From Bugula neritina (taxonomy: Eukaryota > Animalia > Bryozoa), in contig OZ037771.1 of NCBI GenBank assembly GCA_964035545.1, positions 11,474,480 to 11,538,479 of the forward strand: a stretch of 64,000 nt of DNA. Direction: 5' to 3'. The position numbers were made by a program, and so were the translations under genes. Below are positions 32,692 to 45,100 of the stretch, piece by piece. Under the pieces are notes generated by a model, which was not told the DNA's origin, did not search any database, and was given only the letters and a program-made list of their open reading frames with translations. How positions within the stretch are numbered: position 1 is the stretch's first letter; each line of letters starts with the position of its first letter.

Positions 32692-34667
32692 ATTCATGGT
32701 TAGACTTTGTAAAGCAGTCAAATACCACAACGTATATCTTATTCTTAGGTTATATAATGTGCAGTCTGCAGAAAAGATTCATGAGCATTTCCCAATATAC
32801 ATACATGTTACTAAGCAGCTATACTATTTCTCATGCAGTTATATTATATTTAAAGTGAGATTCACTATGCATGCATGTAATTTCAAGACAGTTGCATATC
32901 GTAGTATAAATATTCTTTAATTTTAAATGTTGGAGCTCTGTGAAAACTCAGAAGTTTGGAGTGTTTAGGTAAGATAACAAGGACTCTGCCTAACACTATA
33001 TTGTCAACATGGTTTCCCGTGGTGCAGAATCAATGATTGCATGTTTACTTTTTGTGACATCAGCAATAACCTAAATACCGTAAGCATGTTGCTTATAAAA
33101 GAGCACGCTTGTCCCATCACCATACTTTGACTGTTTTACTATATGCTACATCACATACATATTCTTATTGTCTAGTGTACATGTCCATTCGCATTGCTAG
33201 CACATTATAATATAATTATATATAAGTATAGACTATAGACTATCTCATACTGGCTTAGCTGCAGTGAAGGCAACTCCCGAATATGCGTATCTGTCTATAA
33301 TCACAATGGTTCCTTTTTTTATCAGCTCTAGGATTTTTGGTCTACAGGAAACAAGATCACAGTCTATTACTCAGCTTGCTACAGAAAAGGTAAACTCATC
33401 AGCATGTCTACAAAGGCTCAGGTCACACTTGAAATGGTTTCTAACTAACAAAACATTGAGTCAATTATTAGAAGAAAGCAATCCTTGATTTTTCATCAAT
33501 TGTTCATTTATTCAACGTTAAACTTGCATATTATCCCATCAATCTGTATGTAATGAGTACATGTGAATATAGTAATGCAAGCAGCAATTTAATTGGCCAT
33601 CTTGATGCTACATGCTCCGAGATAGGACAGAATAGTTGCATAATAAACTCACATGTTTTCCCATCTGTTTGCTGAGAAGAGCAGGTGCACAGCGTGGTCA
33701 TCCAGTTCACATTTCTTAGACAAGTAATCTTTAATTACAGCACCAATGGCAGTAGTCCTGTCTGTAAACGCACATTACATGCAATCACATGTAATAGACA
33801 CAGCCACATTTCTTTTATTTTTCAATCATGTCATAATATATTAATTTATCAGCGCATTGCTTATATATATTGATCCCTAAGTTGGAATTTATCATAGGAG
33901 AAAATCTCACAGGTCAATAAGCAATAAATTTAAATTAATTACTAATCGTACTTTCTAGCTGCAGGTATGATCATAATGTATTCCAAATAATCAGGAAATA
34001 CTATATATAAGCTTGGCATGACTTAGAAGAAACAGGGAGCATCACGCTAACTTAAAGTAAACACGGAGTCATGGGTTCGAGCCTTAGAAAATTCCATTAG
34101 CCACTATAAAAAAACCTTTCTATCAGGGGGTTCTTGTAGTGTACAGTTTACCCAGTGGCCTCCGTGGTGTAATGGTAGCACACTTGCTTGCAAGCCAGAG
34201 GACTCGGGTTCGATTCCCAGTGGGGGCAATTATTTTACAAGCTATTTCGGCCTTTAGTGAAGTGTAGTTGAAGTACTCCGAGGGAGTTGAGAGGCCAGGA
34301 GAGCCTGATGACTGAAGGAGTAGTAGATAGGCCAGTGGAGTTCAGAGAACTGGGTGGGATGTAGTGTTGAGTTTACCCAGTAGTCTCCGTGGTGCAATGG
34401 TAGCACACTTGCTTGCAAGCCAGAGGACTCGGGTTCGATTCCCAGTTGGGGCAATTATTTTACAGTTCTCACAAGGATAGTGACTATAAGCTATAGGTTT
34501 TATAAGGTAAAAGAAGTAAGCGAAAGGGTTGCATATCTACCTGGGCAGCTAAACAGCTCAACCGTGTGACCATTCTGTGAGAGAGTATCTTTCAGCAGTT
34601 CACACTGAGTAGACTTGCCTGCTCTGTCACAGCCTTCCAATACTACCAGCACTCCTCTTTGTGACAT
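31682..34667 (-). CDS. DTYMK: Thymidylate kinase, paralog A (212 aa, diverged)
   Basis: Exons 34667-34541, 33761-33653, 33341-33251, 32101-31901, 31792-31682. P-loop [42 protein letters not shown]; intact ORF. Confidence 0.93.
32300..32346 (+). ncRNA. Type I hammerhead ribozyme, copy 1 (predicted cleavage after C32340)
   Basis: Stem I tctgtg/cacaga; core CTGATGA; stem II gggg-acaaa-tccc; GAAA; minimal stem III cagc.gctg; GTC cleavage triplet. Confidence 0.85.
32560..32606 (+). ncRNA. Type I hammerhead ribozyme, copy 2 (predicted cleavage after C32600)
   Basis: Same architecture, with a perfect stem II gggg-acaaa-cccc. Confidence 0.87.
34158..34228 (+). pseudogene. tRNA-like unit in LTR1 (intact A/B boxes, defective anticodon arm)
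   Basis: Acceptor stem gcctccg/tgggggc, D arm gtgt-aatggta-gcac, B box ggttcgattcc; anticodon loop has only 6 nt; followed by TTTT. Confidence 0.7.
34383..34453 (+). pseudogene. tRNA-like unit in LTR2
   Basis: As LTR1, with D stem gtgc/gcac. Confidence 0.7.
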
Positions 34668-35022
34668 GGCGGCACTACTCTGTATATCTATATATTATGT
34701 AATATATAACTTGCTATAGAGATCATATGAAACCCGGCAAATTATACACTAACTCTAATATATCTCACCATTATAATTTATTTTAATTTCATATCTGCTA
34801 GTTTGAATACGAATACACATTTGCTTTTACTTTTTTCCTATCTGAATTCACTGCGTATCCTAAATTCTTTATTTCTCATTACGAATATGAAATATGTTAT
34901 AAAATTACAATTAAAATTACATAATGTGTGCAAGAAACACCTATAGATAAATTTTACAAGAGCTGCTGCATTGCTTTCAGCCTTCCAATATTCACTGCCT
35001 TATAAAAAAGACTTCTAGGTAA

Positions 35023-35366
35023 GCCTAGGGCCACACGGTGCGTATTTTCGCATGCGAAAATTGAAACCACAAGTAGCAAAGGTGTCCACTGTGCGCGTTG
35101 AGAAAACATTCGCACTTGTCGCTCTGCATTTTCAACGCAGGTGCGAATCGTCTCTGTCGTCGTCACCTAATTGGCTGGTAGTTATTAAGCGAGCCCAATT
35201 TCTTTATTTTAGTGCTAAATTCCAGTAAAATGCGTTTTATTGAAATCGAGTGCGATTTAAAAATGAAAGCTTTATTTATCACGCATCACTGACGCTACAG
35301 TGGACGCCTTTGCTACTTGTGGTTTCAATTTTCGCATGCGAAAATACGCACCGTGTGGCCCTAGGC
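35023..35366. mobile_element. PIF/Harbinger-type MITE
   Basis: ~58-bp perfect TIRs gcctagggccacacggtgcgtattttcgcatgcgaaaattgaaaccacaagtagcaaagg; TAA TSD; near-identical inverted copy at 43569-43911. Confidence 0.92.
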
Positions 35367-35847
35367 TAAGAGAGTGCATGTGGGGGAATGTGAAGAATAT
35401 AGAGAGATTGCATAATTGTGCAGAGATGAGGAGTACGCCAGAGTAGAGCTGAGATTGTGAGCGGATATAAATTGAGAATGGGTTGAGGTGTACTAGCGAG
35501 TGTTCAACCCAGTAGCCAACTGTTGTGGAGCACCCCAGACGAGCACTCAGGAGTCTTACTCCCTCCCTCTACACATAAGGAGCTGAGGCTAGCATTGCAG
35601 CCAAGCAGAACACCAACCCCTAAGCTGTACCATAGACAATGTGACTTGATAGCTGATACCAGGTCCTTAGGTATCAAGATGAAGAGAAGAATTTGACTAT
35701 ATTTGTTGCAGTGCAGATGTTGAGTTTATGACATGGTATCTATAAATGTTGAAATACTCAAATAAAGCAGTATACTTTGACTTTGACAATAGAAACCAAA
35801 GTTATGTGAAAATCCTTACCATAATATGATGTATTAACATTAATTAT

Positions 35848-36243
35848 ATTTACCAATATACAGAAATATAACCCATATAACTGACTCACAAGTTAGAAAG
35901 AACAAAATAGGAGTTCCTACCTCATCAAGCTATCAATCTACAGCGCATGGATATATATCGCTAATATGGTGTTAAGTTTGTGACACTGTATTAATGATAT
36001 GTTGCTAATCTGCATGAAACAATCAATTAGAGCAGTACAACCTCCAAACTCAAATTTCAGCACTAAAGTTATATGAAAATCCATACCATATGAATTATAA
36101 TGTCTTTGTAATTGATATTTACCAATAAATATACAGGGATATAACACTTATAATATAACTGACTTACAAGTTGGAAGATATAGTTTAGAAAGAACAAGAG
36201 AAGAGTTCCTACTTTATCAAGCTATGAATATACAGTGTGCAGA
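35848..36243. repeat. Imperfect ~110-bp direct duplication (35848-35950 vs 36117-36243)
   Basis: atttaccaata...tataactgact.acaagtt...agaaagaacaa...gagttcctac..tcaagctat occurs twice. Confidence 0.7.
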
Positions 36244-36945
36244 TGCACCCTTGAGTGGTCACAGCAACACTATATTATAACTTGTGACTGAAGTACATAA
36301 TCATTACCAGGGATATTTGAGACTGGGGAATTCCCTAAATCTGCCTGACAGCTGTTTAAATTGGCTATCAGAATGATGACACCCAACAGATAGCTAAGTA
36401 TTAAGTATGAGATGGCAAATAGCCTGAAACTTTATTTACATAAATGCAAAATGAACTAAAAAACGCAAGTTATGGAAAATGTAATGAATTCTCTATACAC
36501 ATATGAATACAAATAGCCTATAATAAAATTATACATCAGGATTAATTTAATTATATACAATAAAACAAGTTGCAAGGATGGGTGTCTAGTTTCTACAGCA
36601 CATCACGATATTACTTATGTATCAGGTGCTGTGCTTATCCGTGCATACAGTTATACAGCTACATGTATATTACATATAGACATAACAATAGTTAAACACT
36701 TAGCATTAGATGCTTTACATGCCTTGCAGGAGGACAATGATCTCCATGCTCTCAGAAAGTGTATAATGTTTATATAATGAGGTAATTCGTTTATATACAA
36801 CTAAGACTACCAGTACTGTGTGTCCATACTGAGTTTACAGTACTCCGTTATTGATGCAAATGTTCACTTGGCTTTAAAAGAGAATAACTCCTGATATATA
36901 AGCTTCCAATGAATATCAACGCAGTATTTAATAGCCGTGGAGTGA

Positions 36946-39666
36946 TTACACAACAACTGCGTCGCCAGAGAAACATGGCTTCTTCTTAAGAGGAGAGTCA
37001 CCAGCACGTGATGAGCTCACTTCCTTTTCAACCCACAGTGAAGAAAGAGGAGGCAAATCTGAATTCATCAGGTCGCATATTACATCGGTGAGTTTAGTGT
37101 GAAGGCTGTCCACGTCTGTGGCAGCGTCTATTATCTGTAGGACAATAAACAGATATCTACTGTAAAATACGAACTCAGATTGCATTCTGTGCTTTTCCAG
37201 TAAAGTTCTTAAAATATACACAAGTTCCAGTAATCTGGTGAAAATTGTACAGAAATGTTGTTATCCAGTGAATAAGACTTTTCAATTTTCACATTTACTA
37301 CAAGTGACACCACAGGGGAAAAATGAAATTTGATAACCTAGAACTTTAAAAACTGTGTTGTCTCAAACAGAAACAATCAGAGTAATAGTGGGTTAAAGAG
37401 ATACAGTTTAGATGTGGTTGTGTAAGAGAATGTTTACATTGAAGATAAGAATATTCCAAATGGAGATTCGCAGAAACGTTTACTGCGTATCTATATAAAT
37501 ATAGCGAGTACCATTTAGTAAATTATTATTCTATTGAACTTTTGAATGTATTTACTGCAGGACTAGCAAGAATAATTTGAACCACTAAAAAACTAGACTT
37601 TATCGCAGCGAAAACCAACTTCTTTTGTTTTGCAACAAAACACTGACATTTCACCAGCTTCAACCACACAGAATTGGAGGAGCAAAATTCTACTAATTCT
37701 AGAGCCAATTTTTTCAGCTTCCTTGTTACACGGCAAAGTTTAAAATGGCAACCAGGGATGTCTAACCTTCCAGTTGTCATCCTTATTCAACACTTCATAG
37801 TTGACAGCAACTCTCTTCTGAAACTCTGTCTGTTCGTACCGCTCCTTGCCAAACCCACCTCTCTTTACAGCCTCCTCAGACGGGAGAGTTAGGAAGAGAA
37901 CAAGATCCGGCCGAGGTAAGCCCACATCTGACTGCTTGCACCAGTCAATGGTGAAACCCTACTCAAATGTTACAGTCTATAGCTTTAGACTAGAGATCAT
38001 GAGCAGAGAACTACTACATATATTCTGAGTTGTCTTTTCAATTAATTTACTTAGAGTTTGCAAGTTAATTGCACCAGCAGTAGAAACATACTTCTGTATA
38101 GCACACCAACTATCTCTCTAAGTATAATGAATTGGTGAAACCAACAGAGATATATATTGCAGACAGAGGATGCTATATTATCTAGTTTAGGCTGCATTAT
38201 AGACAAGAGCGGACAATTTCTATTTTGACTTAAAAATATTATACTCTTGACACTGTCTTGATTACAAAAATAACTAAACTATGTATTGTATATACAGTTG
38301 AAATTAGAAAGCTGCCATCAACTAAACGTGTAGCAGTGATGGCATAAACTCGGAGTGACCCTCTGGAAAGGACACAAGTATTGTACAGGAAGTTATATAA
38401 TACTTGTATTCACACAGAGGAATTAATGTTAGAAACGCTAACAGTAGGAAGTTCAAGTAATTCAACTCAGACTTACTGGTTTAGCTGCAGTGAAGGCAAC
38501 TCCCGAGTAGGCATATCTGTCTATAATGACAGTGGTGCCTTCAGAGATCTTCTTCTTTATATTCGGTCTGCAACACGTGACAGGTGTTATGGGGGACAGA
38601 CAGACACCCCCCCCTCCTGCCTCGCTATTCACTTATGTACAGCATGCTGCTTTGTCATTAGCTTTTATTAGCTTTTTGAGAAAACTGCATCAAAAGGATA
38701 ATACATTTCTTAAAATTTAGACATGGATGTTTTTTAGCAAAGATATGCCAAACTGTATAAAATCAGACAATATACTAGAGCCCAAAGGAGGCCAAATAGA
38801 ATTTTCTAGACAGTAAAGCACATGATATAGCAACAGAAAACCGGTAGCTGCGACTACATCAAGCCTAAGTATCTGAACTCCATGCAAGCAGCCATTTAAT
38901 TGGTTATCTAAATCCTACACGACCTGGGATAGGACAGAAAAAGAACTAAAACTCACACAAGTTCCCATCTGTTTGCCGAGAAGAGCAGGTGCACAGCATG
39001 ATCATCCAGTTCACATTTCTTAGACAAGTAATCACCAATCACAGCACCAATGGCAGTAGTCCTGTCTACAAACGCAAGAGTATTCTATTACATTTATTAG
39101 ACCTACTTGTGAACGCTTGTCTACTTGATAAGGAACAGGAGTAGACAACTTTAAAATATGGTTCAAAAAAATGAAACTCGCGAATTAAAAGATGTGGAAT
39201 ACCTATTTATAGAGCAGATTATGAGTGTAGGTTGTATGATATTATGATAGTTATTTCTGCAGTTTATGAGTAATGAGTTTCAAAAGTTATGCTGCGTAAT
39301 GTTTTATTTAGCTAAAAAAACATTATTTAATTGAATGCTTAACCCATCAAATTTTAAAAGAAGACAATTCCCAATTTCTTTAAAAAATAAATAAAATTAG
39401 CAAAATTATTAATTATAAATTTTAAGCTTGCAGCAAATGACTGATAAAGCATAATAACATGTGAAAATAAAGTGAGGAAATTTTCTGAGTATCATGAAAG
39501 TGAATCTTCAAATAAACTAACCTGGAAATCTAAACAGCTCAACATTTACTCCCTGTTTAGTGAGAGTGTCCTTCAACATCCTGCACTGTGTAGACTTGCC
39601 AGACCTATCACATCCCTCCAGCACAATCAGTGCCCCCCTCTTCAACAGATCTGACGCTGCGGGCAT
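36946..39666 (-). CDS. DTYMK: Thymidylate kinase, paralog B (241 aa, canonical motifs, C-terminal extension)
   Basis: Exons 39666-39522, 39065-38957, 38567-38477, 37958-37767, 37134-36946. [34 protein letters not shown]. An in-frame upstream ATG at 39717 is also possible. Confidence 0.95.
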
Positions 39667-40579
39667 GGTCAGAGTGTATGAGCTAAAGCCAATAGCAGAC
39701 GTGGAATAGAGATTCATATGAACAGTTGAACGGAACTCGAAAGCTGTGGCCCAGTAGACAAAGGTACAGGTTGGACCCTAGTAGAACCTTTGGTACTGCC
39801 AGGGCAAGACACATGCTGCTGTGCCACTTTGTAAATGCTTACAAAATTTTGTAAAAATGGTTTGTAGCAAAACCTAAAGTGACTGTAAACTGTAATTGTC
39901 AGAGGCTCTGCTTGACTTCGAGCAATACATAAGTATATAGAATTACACGAGAAATAAAAATTGCAAGCAGCCCATTTTATAGGAGCCTTTGTCACCAGAG
40001 CAAAGATGTGCATTCAGGATTTTGAATAAACTGTACAATAAGGGAGCATATTAATTGAGCATTTTCTCAGTATAAATAATTATTCAACATGACATCTGTT
40101 GAATATTATTGACAATTAGTTGAAACTTTATATTTTGCTAATAAATCTTTGCAGCTATATCATTAATATTTAATAACTTACATTTATTTACTACTAATAG
40201 TAGTAAATCACCCAGAGTAAATGTAACGCAATATATTACAAATATATTCTGATTCTATGATTCATACTCATACTGATACCCATACTGCTACTTACAGTTG
40301 CTACTTAGTACTTACTACTTAGTACTTAGTCTTATAACTATAAGACTAAGTTATAAGTTATATTAATATTAAAACGTGTGGTAACATTCGGTTACATTAT
40401 ATACTTACAACTTACTCTGATAGTTACATTTACAAGTTAATTAATAATTATAACTATAAGTATATATTATAATTTTAGTTGAAACCAATGAAGTAAAACT
40501 TTTTTATACTTATACTTAGAGACAGTTATAGTTCAACTTCAATGGTTGAAACCAATTCAAAAACAAAGCAACAAGGCCT

Positions 40580-40679
40580 TATCGATTTCGCGCAATAGTT
40601 GAGTTTAAAGTGATTTTATAATAATCGTGTGGCCTTATTTAACACCCGCAAGAGTAAAGACGGAGACATTTGCGCGAAC
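40580..40679. promoter_or_regulatory. Candidate cell-cycle promoter elements upstream of DTYMK-B (E2F sites, DRE-like)
   Basis: TTTCGCGC at 40586-40593 overlapping TATCGAT (40580-86); a second tttgcgcgaa at ~40669; CpG-enriched patch in AT-rich DNA. Confidence 0.45.
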
Positions 40680-42150
40680 ACATTTTTGAACACTTCTTCC
40701 TAACCTATTTAATGTAATTTTATTTTAGAGTTATTCGTTTATAGTTTTAGAATTAGTTACAGTGACATTTTCAATAATTTCAATTAATATTATCATTATG
40801 ATTATGCTTTATGGATTTCAATTTAAAGTATTAACATTAAATTTGATGAGTGATTGATATTCATATTCAATACTGTATTTTAATTTAATAATTAGTTACA
40901 CCTAGGGCTAGTCCTACTCTTAGTCGAAGTCTAACTCTAACTCTTAGTCTTAGAGTTAGTCTTAGTCTTACTGATACTTAATGATACTGATAGTGATACA
41001 CTGATACTTATACTAATAGCCTAGTGGTAGTAGTCTGATGGTCATCACAGTCATGCATATTCATAACCATTACAGTTACCATTACTCATAGTTATTGCCA
41101 CAGGGCTTTCAAATTGACTTATGTCTGTTATGATTTATGATAATCAAAAGGATTTTATTACTATCAATATCACCATGACCAGTGACTAAATGGGTAAATA
41201 ATAATAGTATTAATTCAATCCTATTGTAGTTGTCATTGTGTAGTACAATATGAATATGTAGTTGTATAGTTTATTTGAACAGTAAGTATAGGCCTAGGGT
41301 GATGGCCATTGGTGAGTTACTAAATACATCATTGAATGACATTGACTGGTGATAGTCTTAAGCATTTTTTGATTTTAAGAACTACAATAAATATAATTGA
41401 ACAAGGCACTATAGTCTACTTATAGACTATAGTACTACCACTTAAAATAATATACTTCATCAGACACAGTTATTTTCATAATGTTAATCATTGTTACAAA
41501 AATATAAGTTTTAGTCCAGGATGTAAATCATTTAATTCTAGTTAGAGCTAAAATAAAAGTTAACATTTTCGATTCCTTTAAATTGTTTTATTTCACTCCA
41601 ACTCTTTGATGTTTTATTAAGTGCTCTCTGTGGTGTTGTCCTACCACTGTTTTATTTGAAAAATCATTTAACAAATTGGATAAGGATAATATTTTAAATT
41701 ATATTCTTATAATTACAAGAACTGTAATACATTTAATTTTAGTCAATAAAATGAAGCTAAATAACAGTGATGAGATAAAAGTTTTATCTCGTCATAGCTA
41801 ATCATCTATAGCATAATGTGTTTGGCCATGCCAAGCAAGCTCTATCTATTAAACTTAAGGACACACTCTATGTTATACAGCACTAAACTTGAAGTTGACA
41901 ACTATATATAGCTATATTTATGCTCTTTGTAGTGTTGAACTAAGACAGCTAAACTCAAAGCAATAAATGTTTAGTTGTAGAGATATAAACTAAGCAACAT
42001 TTGTTTTGCTGGTATTTGAGTCAAAATATTATCCATTTATTTTAATTTATTTATAGGTGCAGATTCTGATTACTTGCCTTTTTTAGGCAAGCTAATATCT
42101 GAGTACCTGAAGTTTCTGTTTTTGTTTTGAGAGTGTCTCAAATTTCTAGA

Positions 42151-45100
42151 ATGGGAGGCGTGAGTGAGTATTCCTAAATAGTTTGATATCATAATGGCAT
42201 GTTTTCAATGTTGATTGTTAATTCTTTAATATTTTCCTAAGCAGACATTTAGGGATACAGTTGTATGGTCTTTGCTATAACCATGCTGTATGATGTATTC
42301 ATGTTGTATAATCTTTGCTATAACTATGTTGTATCCTATATTAATACTGTATAGTCTCTGATATAACTATGTTGTATACTATATTCATGTTACATGGTCT
42401 TTGCTGTAACTATGTTGTATGCTATACTCATGTTGTATAGTCTTTGCTATAACCATTGCACTATCTTTACAGCTGAGAGTTGCTGGACCAAGGTGCCGTA
42501 TGCCTCACTATTTGCCTTGCTGATTCTATTAGCAGGCTTCGGTCTGTTCACGGTGCCCTTCTATATGGGTCTTGACGAGCTGGAGATATTCCTGAGGAAG
42601 GACGACGGCTTCAACCTTGATAAAGAATCAGAAATCCTGTGGTTAGTGAAATTTAAAATTTCTCTTTGGTTGAAATAATAGATGATGATAGATTTTGGTA
42701 TCACATGTAGATGAGAATTGTTGACACTCGTGAGGTTTTACAGTTTCCTAGTTTACTAAATTTGTCATACACTGTTTAATATGAATCTGTAGTGTGAGTG
42801 TGTAATGTGAATGTGCAGTGTGTAGTGTGAATGTTTACCCCCTATTCACGCTTACCGTACGTCGTAACGTAAAATATCAGCCATTTTTAACGTGTCCGGG
42901 CTGAAGTTTTTAAAGTCCGCTATTAGGTATGATCTATGACACTTCATTGGACATTTATATCCAATGAGCTAGCGCAAAAGTTTCTCTGTCGAATAGGAGC
43001 CCGCCGCAACTTATTTGAATCAAGCAGTGTTTGATCCTACCGTACCGCAACGCCCTACAGGAAGCTCAGACATTTGTAATGGCTGATATTTGCTGTTACG
43101 GCGTACGATACGGTAAGTGTGAATGAGGGGTTAGTGTGAATATATGTAGTATGAATTATAAGTTCAATGTCTCACAGGGTTGGTCAGCTGAAAATCATCC
43201 TGACTATCGTCGCCTCGGTTACGGCAGTTATTGGGATTCTGCTAGTTGTATTTGGAGCACTGGCGACAGGTGCCACTAGGAGAAATGTCTACTCTGGAGC
43301 AAAGTGCATCTTGGGTGGCAGGTGCTCCGCTGTGTTTGTAAGTCACTCGCAGCTAATTATTTCATACTTCATATGCTGTCTGTAACAATCTAGCTCCTCC
43401 CATTAAGTGCAATAATCTAGCTCCTCCCACTAAGTGCAATAATCTAGCTCCTCCCACTAAGTGCAATAATCTAGCTCCTCCCACTAAGTGCAATAACCTA
43501 GCTCCTCCCACTAAGTGCAATAACCTAGCTCCTCCCACTAAGTGCAATAATCTAGCTCCTCCCACTAAGCCTAGGGCCACACTGTGCGTATTTTCGCATG
43601 TGGAAATTAAAATCACGAGTAGCAAAGGTGTCCACTGTAGCGTCAGTGATGCGTGATAAATAAAGCTTTCATTTTTAAATCGCACTCGCTTTCAATAAAA
43701 CGCAATTTACTGGAATATAGCACTAAATAAAGAAATTGGGCTCGCTGAATAACTACCAGCCAATTAGGTGACGACGACAGAGACGATTCGCACTTGCGTT
43801 GAAAATGCAGAGCGACAAGTGCGAAGGTTTTCTCAACGCGCACAGTGGACACCTTTGCTACTTGTGATTTCAATTTTCGCATGCGAAAATACGCACCGTG
43901 TGGCCCTAGGCTAAGTGCAATAATCTAGCTCCTCCCACTAAGTGCAATAATCTAACTCCTCCCACTTAACACTATAATTTGGCTAATATAATATTGTTTT
44001 CAAGGTTTGTGTAAAAAACATTTTATATACTGGACACGTCAACATTAAGTTTGCTAACATTGTCAGTTTTCTTACATTCAAACTTTATTTGCTATCCATA
44101 ATTGTGGAGTATTTACTCATTTCAAAAAGTATTTTGTTTAAATCTTGTCATTTAAAATAGTCTCTACTTGAAAACTTCTGCAGTTAACCACTAGCTGGCT
44201 GTGAATTTGTAGATGACACTCTTGACCTACATATTCAACTTTGCGTGGATGGCCATTACGTCGGGTCTCTCAATCCCTGTCATATTCTTTCTTATGATGA
44301 AGAATATTTGTGATACAGAGTTCACGTACCAGGGAAATCAACCAGGGCCAGACGGCAATGCCATGTTCTGTTACAATCTCACTAGAATCGGTAAGTTGGT
44401 AAACTGTAATGTCAAGACCGTCGAATTAAAACTCCTTATAGTTATATTTCAGTTATTTCAATGAAAGTGTAGTGATGTTGTTCTGCTTCAAGTAAAGTTG
44501 GGAGTTGTCGTACTAACACCTATTTCGGATAGAAAATTGTAGAGTTGTCTGTCTTTTTTACTGAGCGTTGACGTAAGTAGCGCAAGTGTGTGACTTATTC
44601 ATTGTAAATGCTTAACCGTAAAGTTCTATAAACTGCCATTGCTGCCTTTCTGGACAGACAGTTCTGTATATTGTTTTCCCTAAGGACTAAGTTTGCCTGC
44701 ATCCATCAAATTTGTTTATGATTTCTTTAACCAATTTTTTTGCTCGAAGAGAATTTTGATTTCAATATATTTTTGTTGAAAGCTGTGAAGCCTACTTTTT
44801 CTAAGACAGCTTCAATTGTTTCAATGTTATCAAGTATATTTGCACTATTATATCGTCATGCATCTACACTACACCAAGTACTTGGGTTAATTAATGGTAT
44901 TTTCTCTTCTCCAGGAATATACTTTCCCGGATTCTCGCCAGACGAGAGGTTAAAAGACCAGTTTTGGCACGGCCCAGCCATATGCTCGCAGGGTGTGCTC
45001 ACAGAGATGTGTGCTCTCGTCTCCAAGGAGATTTCTCTCATGAGTGCGGCTTTTGCTGGAGGTTTTCTCATCGTAGTAGCTTTGGTAAGGGAGTTGTCCT

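Larger units (their letters stand above)
34135..34464 (+). mobile_element. Miniature LTR retrotransposon (TRIM) with tRNA-like sequence in both LTRs
   Basis: LTRs 34135-34239 and 34360-34464 (105 bp each, TGTA...TACA, 6 mismatches); 5-bp TSD gttct; 120-bp internal region ending in purine-rich agagaactgggtggga. Confidence 0.87.
34035..34490 (+). mobile_element. tRNA-derived SINE copy split by the LTR element at 34135-34464
   Basis: gggagca...gggttcgagcc...cctttctatcagggggttct | gttctcacaaggatagtgactataa rejoins into the family consensus. Confidence 0.75.

Noticed and set aside
34300-34345. CTGATGA in the TRIM internal region as a third hammerhead
   Set aside because: No GAAA partner or closing stems.
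34158-34453. Two functional tRNA genes (Cys/Ala-like)
   Set aside because: 6-nt anticodon loop and mismatched anticodon stem; both sit inside TG..CA direct repeats with a TSD, so they are LTR components.
43362-43882. ORFs with LVGGARLLH repeats
   Set aside because: Derived from the 27-bp minisatellite and the MITE.
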